Source: Chthoniobacteraceae bacterium
GTDB lineage: Bacteria > Verrucomicrobiota > Verrucomicrobiia > Chthoniobacterales > Chthoniobacteraceae
NCBI GenBank assembly: GCA_031409655.1
Contig: JANNXQ010000232.1
Span: 1 to 64,000, forward strand
DNA: 64,000 nucleotides
Direction of reading: 5' to 3'
Shown here: positions 57,825 to 64,000 of the stretch, one piece after another
Layout of the letters: each line of letters starts with the position of its first letter
Numbering within the stretch: position 1 is the stretch's first letter
Made by a program: the position numbers and the translations under genes
The notes under the pieces: model-generated
What the model was told of the DNA's origin: nothing
The model's database searches: none
The model's input: only the letters and a program-made list of their open reading frames with translations

Positions 57825-58829
57825 TTAGCCGAGCGCGACGAGCGCAATGACAAAGGCGACGGTGCCCAAGGCAAGGCCGGCCCAGATCCAGAGCGATCGA
57901 CGAAGCTCGATCTGATCCTGGCTGGCCGTCACCGCCTCGGACGCCGCCAGTTCGTATTCATATTCCTGGAACCTCACGCGATGGCTCTGCACGGCAGCAA
58001 GCGCCTGCGGCTGATTCATCGGGCCGACGCCACTGTCCGCGAGCACCCGGCCCACCTCACGATAGGGATTTGCCTTCGCGCCCTCCAGGGACTGAAAGAC
58101 TTTTTCGAAGGCCTCCTTCTCCGCCTCCAATTTCGCGATGCGCTCAGCGAGATCGCCGTCCGCTCTTTTGAAGGCCGCGGTGAGTTCGCCCTCGCGCCGC
58201 TCGAAATCCGCGAGTTCCGCGTCCTCTTTGGCGAGCTGCATTTCGAGCGTCCGCACCTCTTGGACCGCGCGCAGGTGGAGCATGCGCACCTCGGTCTTTT
58301 CATTGGGGATGGTCACGATGCGCTCCCGCACCTGCAGCAGCTCCTGCCGGCTCTGCGGTGTCGGCGGATCCATCGCGAGGAGCGTCGCGTAGCGCCTGCT
58401 CAGTTCCCGGAGTTCGCCATCGAGTCCGGGCATGCGCCGCTCGAGATCTGGTTCGACGCTGCGCTTTTCCGCGAGTTGGCGCTCGATCGCGGGCCTTTCC
58501 CTGCTCACCCGACGCCGCTCATCGTCCATCGCCCGGCACTCGCGTTCATAGTGCTCCTTGCCGACCGACCGCACATCCCGCAGTTCCTGCAGATCTTGGC
58601 CGACCGCGGCACTGTCGTTCGTCGCCGTGGCCTGCTCCCGCTCGCACTCGGTGATCCGCCGGACTTCTTCCTGCGTGACGTCGTCAAAGTCCGCCTGCTG
58701 CCAGCCGAGCAGCCCGAGCGTGGTTTCCGCCTTGGCGAGTTTGCGACCCTCCACGGCCATCCGCAGCCGGAGGGATTGCCGGCCGAGGATCCGGGAAAGC
58801 TCCCGCAGACCTGGCGCGAAGTAGTCCAC
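57825..58829 (-). CDS. Hypothetical coiled-coil protein with C-terminal TM anchor
   Basis: E/R/L heptad-rich body; ends LWIWAGLALGTVAFVIALVALG. Confidence 0.7.
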   Translation of the reverse strand: MDYFAPGLRELSRILGRQSLRLRMAVEGRKLAKAETTLGLLGWQQADFDDVTQEEVRRITECEREQATATNDSAAVGQDLQELRDVRSVGKEHYERECRAMDDERRRVSRERPAIERQLAEKRSVEPDLERRMPGLDGELRELSRRYATLLAMDPPTPQSRQELLQVRERIVTIPNEKTEVRMLHLRAVQEVRTLEMQLAKEDAELADFERREGELTAAFKRADGDLAERIAKLEAEKEAFEKVFQSLEGAKANPYREVGRVLADSGVGPMNQPQALAAVQSHRVRFQEYEYELAASEAVTASQDQIELRRSLWIWAGLALGTVAFVIALVALG

Positions 58830-58865
58830 CGGCTAGGGAAAATCCGAAACTCGGGTTCTCTTCGC

Positions 58866-60818
58866 TCAGTCTTCCGAGCTGCTCGCTAGCTTTGCGAGAA
58901 TGCTGAAGTCTTCGAGCGTGGTGGTGTCGCCGACGATGGTCTCGCCCGCCGCGACCTGCTTGAGCAGGCGGCGCATGATTTTCCCCGAGCGCGTCTTGGG
59001 CAGCGACTCGGTGAAACGAATGTCATCCGGCGTGGCCACCGGGCCGATCACCGTGCGCACGTGCTTCTTCAGTTCCGCCCGCAGTTCGTGCGTGGCCTTC
59101 ACGCCTTGCTTCACGGTCACGAAACAGACGACGGCCTGACCCTTCAACTCATCCGGACGTCCGACGACCGCCGCCTCCGCCACGGCCTTGTGCGAGACGA
59201 GCGCGCCTTCCACTTCCGCCGTGCCGAGGCGATGCCCTGCGACGTTCAGGACGTCGTCGATCCGGCCGATGATGAAGAAGTTTCCGTCCTTGTCCCGCCG
59301 TGCGCCGTCGCCGGCGAAGTACATCCCCTTGAACTCGCTCCAATACGTTTCCTGATAGCGCTTCTTGTCGCCCCAGATCGAACGCAGCATCGACGGCCAC
59401 GGCTTGCGGATGACGAGCTTGCCCGAGGTATTTGGCGGCACTTCCTTCCCGAGATCGTCCACCACCGCGGCATCGACTCCGAAAAATGGCAGCGTCGCGG
59501 TGCCGGGCTTGGTCGGCGTCGCGCCGGGCAGCGGCGTGATCATGTGGCCGCCCGTTTCCGTCTGCCACCAGGTATCGACGATCGGACAGCGCCCACCACC
59601 GATCACCTTGTAGTACCACATCCAAGCTTCGGGATTGATCGGCTCTCCGACCGTGCCGAGCAGGCGCAGCGAGGAAAGATCGTACTTCTTCGGCCACTCA
59701 TCGCCCCACTTGATGAAAGCGCGGATCGCCGTTGGCGCCGTGTACAAGACGGACACGGAAAATTCCTCGATGATCTTCCAGAAGCGCCCGTTGTCCGGCC
59801 AGTTTGGCGCCCCTTCATACATCACTGCCGTGGCCCCCATCGCGAGCGGACCATAAACGATGTAAGTGTGCCCTGTGACCCAGCCGACATCGGCCGTACA
59901 CCAGTACACGTCCTCGTCACGCAGATCGAAGACGTACTTGCACGAAGTCACCGCGCCCATCAGGTAGCCTGCTGTGGTGTGGAGGATGCCCTTCGGCTTT
60001 CCCGTCGAGCCGCTGGTGTAGAGAATGAAGAGCGGGTGCTCGCTATCGAGCGCCACCGGGGGGCAGTTCGCGTCCACGTATTCCAGCTCGCGGTGCCACC
60101 AAAAGTCGCGCCCTTCCTCGATGTGGACGTCGTTTGAGGCGCGGCGGAAGACGATCACCGTCTTCACCGGATGCGCGCCGCTTTCCAGCGCTTTGTCCAC
60201 ATTTGCCTTCAGCGGCACGATGCTCCCGCGGCGGTAGCCGCCATCCGCCGTGATCACGGCCACTGCGCCGCTATCGAGCACCCGATCCTTGATCGACTCC
60301 GCACTGAACCCGCCGAAGACCACCGAATGCACGATGCCGAGCCGCGCACAGGCCAGCATCGCGATCGCCGCCTCGGGCACCATCGGCATGTAAATGATCA
60401 CGCGCTCGCCCTTCTTGATTTTGTGCCGCTTGAGCACATTGGCAAAACGGCAGACCTCGCGATGCAGTTGCTGATAAGTGAGCACGCGCTTCTCGCCCGG
60501 CTCGCCTTCCCAGATCAGCGCCGCCTTGTTCTGCCGCTCCGTGCCGAGATGCCGGTCGAGGCAATTCTCCGCCACGTTCAGCTTCCCGCCCACAAACCAC
60601 TTCGCGTAGGGCACCTTCCAATCGAGCACCTTCTTCCACTTCGTCGTCCACTTCAGATCCGCCGCCTCGCGCGCCCAAAACTTATCCGGCTTCTTCACGG
60701 ACTCCTCCCAGAGCTTGCGATACTGCGCGAGCGACTGGATGCGGGCCTTTTTCGAAAATTCCTTCGACGGCTTGAAGACGCGATTTTCGACGAGCTGAGA
60801 TTCGGAGTTCTTGGGCAT
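58866..60818 (-). CDS. acs: Acetyl-CoA synthetase
   Basis: [31 protein letters not shown]. Confidence 0.96.
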   Translation of the reverse strand: MPKNSESQLVENRVFKPSKEFSKKARIQSLAQYRKLWEESVKKPDKFWAREAADLKWTTKWKKVLDWKVPYAKWFVGGKLNVAENCLDRHLGTERQNKAALIWEGEPGEKRVLTYQQLHREVCRFANVLKRHKIKKGERVIIYMPMVPEAAIAMLACARLGIVHSVVFGGFSAESIKDRVLDSGAVAVITADGGYRRGSIVPLKANVDKALESGAHPVKTVIVFRRASNDVHIEEGRDFWWHRELEYVDANCPPVALDSEHPLFILYTSGSTGKPKGILHTTAGYLMGAVTSCKYVFDLRDEDVYWCTADVGWVTGHTYIVYGPLAMGATAVMYEGAPNWPDNGRFWKIIEEFSVSVLYTAPTAIRAFIKWGDEWPKKYDLSSLRLLGTVGEPINPEAWMWYYKVIGGGRCPIVDTWWQTETGGHMITPLPGATPTKPGTATLPFFGVDAAVVDDLGKEVPPNTSGKLVIRKPWPSMLRSIWGDKKRYQETYWSEFKGMYFAGDGARRDKDGNFFIIGRIDDVLNVAGHRLGTAEVEGALVSHKAVAEAAVVGRPDELKGQAVVCFVTVKQGVKATHELRAELKKHVRTVIGPVATPDDIRFTESLPKTRSGKIMRRLLKQVAAGETIVGDTTTLEDFSILAKLASSSED

Positions 60819-60988
60819 GGGGTAGGGCGCTGTGCCTACTCGTCCCCTCCCCGCCGGGCAATTCAAACCTGCAACGGGGCTGGCGAAATGATCAAATTAT
60901 GGTATTTAGTGGGCCGCTCTGCTTGGGCGCACCTTTTTCCCAGCGATCGTGCGCCAGCATCTCAGAGTGAAAAGAACCCCGATCCCGT

Positions 60989-63418
60989 TTGAGAACGAAT
61001 TTCCTAGCAAAAGTCCGGCTGCTTTGGAGCGCCGCGCGCGCCATGGGGACAGTCCCGCTTGTCGCCGCGGCTCTCTGCGGAAGCGCCGGAGCGCTCGGCG
61101 ATACTTTCACCGTGACCACCACCGCGGATGCCGGGCCTGGCTCGCTCCGGCAGGTGCTCGCCGATGCGCCTCACGGTTCTTCGATCGACTTTGCTCCGGC
61201 CCTCAGCGGGCAGACGATCGGCCTCCTCACCCCGCTCGCTTTCAGCACCGCGATCGACCTCGACGCGTCCGCGCTCCCCGGCGGGCTGACCCTGAGCGGC
61301 GGCGGGGCCAGTCGGATCTTCACCTCGGGACCGGGGGCTCAGGTGACGGTGACCGGCTGCACTTTGAGCGGCGGCAATGCCTTTGCCGGCTTCGGCGGGG
61401 CGATCGTCAATTCAGGCGGCAGCCTCACGCTCACAAATTGCACCCTCTCGGGGAACACGGCCGACTCGGGCGGGGCCATCTACAGCGACACTGATCTCGC
61501 GGGGAATGTGACGCACCTTATCAATTGCACGGTCACCGGCAATACCGCGGCCAGCGTGGGCGGCGGCATCTATAACTTCGACGGTCGAACGCGGCTCTGG
61601 AATTGCACCGTCACCGGGAACTATGCGCCTGCGGACAATGGCGGCGGGGTCGCGACCTATGCGGACCTTTCCACGGAGACGGCGGTCTTGAGCTGCATCA
61701 TCGCCGGCAATGCCACGAACGATGTGGATCGCGTCTTCGGCGGCCGACCCGCCTTCACCAGCGGCGGCTCGAACCTGATCGGGACGGGCACCGGAACCCC
61801 CTCTTTCAACAAGCCCAGTGACGTCATCAACAATCCCAATCCCCGGCTGGCCCCGCTGGACTTTTACGGCGGCCGCACTCGCACCAAACCTCCGCTGCCC
61901 GGCTCGCCCGCGATCGACACCGCGCTCGCCGCTCCGACGGCGGCCGACCAGCGCGGCGTGCTCCGGCCCACGGGCCTCGCTCCCGATATCGGCGCGGTGG
62001 AAATTTTCCCGGTGGTGGTCACGAGCACGGCGGACAACGGCCCTGGCTCGCTCCGCAGCGCCATCACGGAACCTTTTGCGAGCAGCATCACCTTTGCGCC
62101 CGCTTTCAACGGAGAAGCTGGCGACACCATCCTGCTCGCGAGCGAACTGGTGCTCGACCGGGCGCTGACCATCGAGGCCTCGGGCGACTCGGGCGGCGTC
62201 ACGATCAGCGGCAGCCCCACGAACCGGATCTTCACGGTGAGCAGTGGTGCCACGGTGCGCCTCGAGAGGCTGACTTTGCAAAATGGCCACGCGGGTCCGA
62301 CTGGCGATGGCGGCGCGATTCGCAACGCTGGCAGTCTCGCGATCGCGCACTGCACCTTGTCCGGCAATTCCGCCAGCGGCTTCGGTGGAGCCATCGACAA
62401 TCACGGTGGCGTCCTCTCCCTTTCCGACTCCACGATCACCGGGAACTCCGCCGCCTACGGAGGCGGGATCACGAGCCGGGCCGATCTGCTGCGCACCCCG
62501 CAGACTTCTCTCGAACGCTGCACCATCGCCGCCAATACCGCGACGAACGCGGGCGGCGGCATCTATGCCGCGGACGGAAGCACGACCCTGGCGCACTGCA
62601 CGGTCGCCACCAACACCGCGCCGGCCAATCGCGGCGGTGGCATCGCGAGTTTCGGGAATACGACGACCGAAACCGTCCTCGCCTTCAGCATCGTCGCGGG
62701 GAATGGGAACGGCGACGTGGATTTCGTGGACGGCGTGAGCAACAGCTTTACCGCCGGGCCCCGCAACGTCATCGGTTTCGGCAATGCCCTCGGCGATTTC
62801 ATTGGCTCGGGAAACATCGTCGGGATTACCGATCCGCTGCTCGCACCGCTCGGGGACTACGGCGGCGTGAATCCCACCCTGGCCCTGCTCCCGGGCAGTC
62901 CGGCGCGCGATGCCGCGCTGACCAGCACGGCAAGCCGAGATCAGCGCAACTTCCCGATCGTCGGCCCTCCCGATATCGGGGCCTACGAAGCCGGCACCGG
63001 GCGCACCTTTCAGCTCTGGGCGATCGAGAATATCGGCACCGTGGGCGCGACCTTCACCGGCGACGAGGACGATGACGGCCGCGAAAACGGCCTCGAATAC
63101 GCCACCCTCACCGCGCCCTTGCTGACGACCTCCGGCGCGTTGCCCGACGTGAGCTTCAACAACACGCCCACCGAGGCCGTCATCACTTTCCCCTACCTGG
63201 CAGCATCCACTGATCTGCTCTACGAAGTGCAACGCAGCACGACTCTCGAAGCGTGGACGACTATCGTGGATTTCAACAAATTGACGGGTGACCTGACCCT
63301 CCACGAACCGGAACTCGGCCACGAGTTCCGCCCCGATGGCCTCAGCATCACCATCACCGACCCCTTCATTGCCGGAAAAGAGCAGGTCTTCTACCGCCTG
63401 AAGGTCAGCCTGCCGTAG
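60989..63418 (+). CDS. Secreted beta-helix / choice-of-anchor-Q protein (two modules) with C-terminal FYRL domain
   Basis: VTTTADAGPGSLR; GGAI repeats; two YGG..T...PGSPA.D..DQR..DIGA.E motifs; DEDDDGRENGLEY; ends FYRLKVSLP. Start is TTG 60989 or ATG 61043. Confidence 0.82.
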   Translation: MRTNFLAKVRLLWSAARAMGTVPLVAAALCGSAGALGDTFTVTTTADAGPGSLRQVLADAPHGSSIDFAPALSGQTIGLLTPLAFSTAIDLDASALPGGLTLSGGGASRIFTSGPGAQVTVTGCTLSGGNAFAGFGGAIVNSGGSLTLTNCTLSGNTADSGGAIYSDTDLAGNVTHLINCTVTGNTAASVGGGIYNFDGRTRLWNCTVTGNYAPADNGGGVATYADLSTETAVLSCIIAGNATNDVDRVFGGRPAFTSGGSNLIGTGTGTPSFNKPSDVINNPNPRLAPLDFYGGRTRTKPPLPGSPAIDTALAAPTAADQRGVLRPTGLAPDIGAVEIFPVVVTSTADNGPGSLRSAITEPFASSITFAPAFNGEAGDTILLASELVLDRALTIEASGDSGGVTISGSPTNRIFTVSSGATVRLERLTLQNGHAGPTGDGGAIRNAGSLAIAHCTLSGNSASGFGGAIDNHGGVLSLSDSTITGNSAAYGGGITSRADLLRTPQTSLERCTIAANTATNAGGGIYAADGSTTLAHCTVATNTAPANRGGGIASFGNTTTETVLAFSIVAGNGNGDVDFVDGVSNSFTAGPRNVIGFGNALGDFIGSGNIVGITDPLLAPLGDYGGVNPTLALLPGSPARDAALTSTASRDQRNFPIVGPPDIGAYEAGTGRTFQLWAIENIGTVGATFTGDEDDDGRENGLEYATLTAPLLTTSGALPDVSFNNTPTEAVITFPYLAASTDLLYEVQRSTTLEAWTTIVDFNKLTGDLTLHEPELGHEFRPDGLSITITDPFIAGKEQVFYRLKVSLP

Positions 63419-63771
63419 CGCCGCCGGCAGTGGCGCTTGGCGAGCACGCCGCCGATCCAGATGCCCGCGTAGTTCGCGGCGAGATCGAGCATGTCAAAGT
63501 GACGATTCGGCACCCAGATCTGGGAGACTTCTTCCAGAGTGAAGATCACGCCGACGATGAGGGTTCCCAACTTCACATTCCGCCAAAGGCGACACCCCAG
63601 GCTGACATTCAGAAAGTAAGCGATGAGGCCGACGAGCCCGAAGTGCCCGACCTTATCCCCGCCCAGATCCTGCACCGCCGAGAAAAAGCCGATCCCGTAA
63701 CCCGCATCCGCGAGATAGATAATCCCGCCGACGAAGGCCGAGACGAGGATGGTCGGTAGCCAGCGATGCAT
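63391..63771 (-). CDS. VanZ-like membrane protein
   Basis: DKVGHF, EEVSQIWVPNR..D..DLAANYAG. Confidence 0.8.
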   Translation of the reverse strand: MHRWLPTILVSAFVGGIIYLADAGYGIGFFSAVQDLGGDKVGHFGLVGLIAYFLNVSLGCRLWRNVKLGTLIVGVIFTLEEVSQIWVPNRHFDMLDLAANYAGIWIGGVLAKRHCRRRYGRLTFRR

Positions 63772-63820
63772 GAAGGTGACAAGGAACGCGAGATAGCTCG
63801 CGTCATGCCACCCACAAGGA

Positions 63821-63867
63821 GTAGGGGCGCCCTCGCCCCCAGCAGCCACTCGGGGCGGGGGCGCCCC
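63821..63867. repeat. GTAG-type REP-like hairpin
   Basis: GTAG then GGGCGCCCTCGCCCC-loop-GGGGCGGGGGCGCCCC. Confidence 0.5.
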
Positions 63868-64000
63868 GGTTCCTTGCCAGCGCCGCGTGCCCAGCCGCAT
63901 TTTAAGTACCGGTGCGCTTCTCGCGACTACCGAGGCCTAGGCAGAGGATGATCGTGCCGGAAAGGAGCATGAACCCGCAGAGGCAATACAGCCCGCCGAC

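Overview
A GC-rich bacterial chromosomal segment, most likely Verrucomicrobiota (Chthoniobacter-like). That assignment is an inference from the sulfatase array, the absence of rpmD, starts lacking a Shine-Dalgarno sequence, and the secreted-protein families present. Left to right: (1) four secreted Cys-type sulfatases plus a PhyH-type dioxygenase (0.1-7.8 kb); (2) a lepB operon with two unknown envelope proteins, rplU-rpmA and a DedA gene; (3) a fused str-S10-spc-alpha ribosomal superoperon on the minus strand (13.1-31.0 kb) that lacks tuf, rpsN, rpmD and rpoA-rplQ, carries an unknown envelope gene between rpsS and rplV, a strongly diverged infA and a SecY with an extra C-terminal hydrophobic helix; (4) housekeeping genes (cysE, cysteine desulfurase, SprT-like protease, PP2C, YqgE/AlgH, thiG, ABC ATPase); (5) a 17-kb co-oriented locus of secreted proteins (38.8-55.9 kb); (6) a rodA-like gene, acs, another beta-helix surface protein and a VanZ-like gene. 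The 17-kb locus is the best candidate for an undescribed system. Three of its proteins share an N-terminal 'YQG' domain fused to interchangeable heads: two tail-fibre-like proteins with 7-repeat LVIVD propellers and self-cleaving S74 chaperones, and one FGE/C-type-lectin-fold head. They are co-encoded with proteins that share a C-terminal putative export domain, and no phage genes are present, which suggests a cell-encoded modular fibre or adhesin display system. No rRNA, tRNA, CRISPR array, integrase, transposase or reverse transcriptase was seen. All calls are by eye; no database searches were run.
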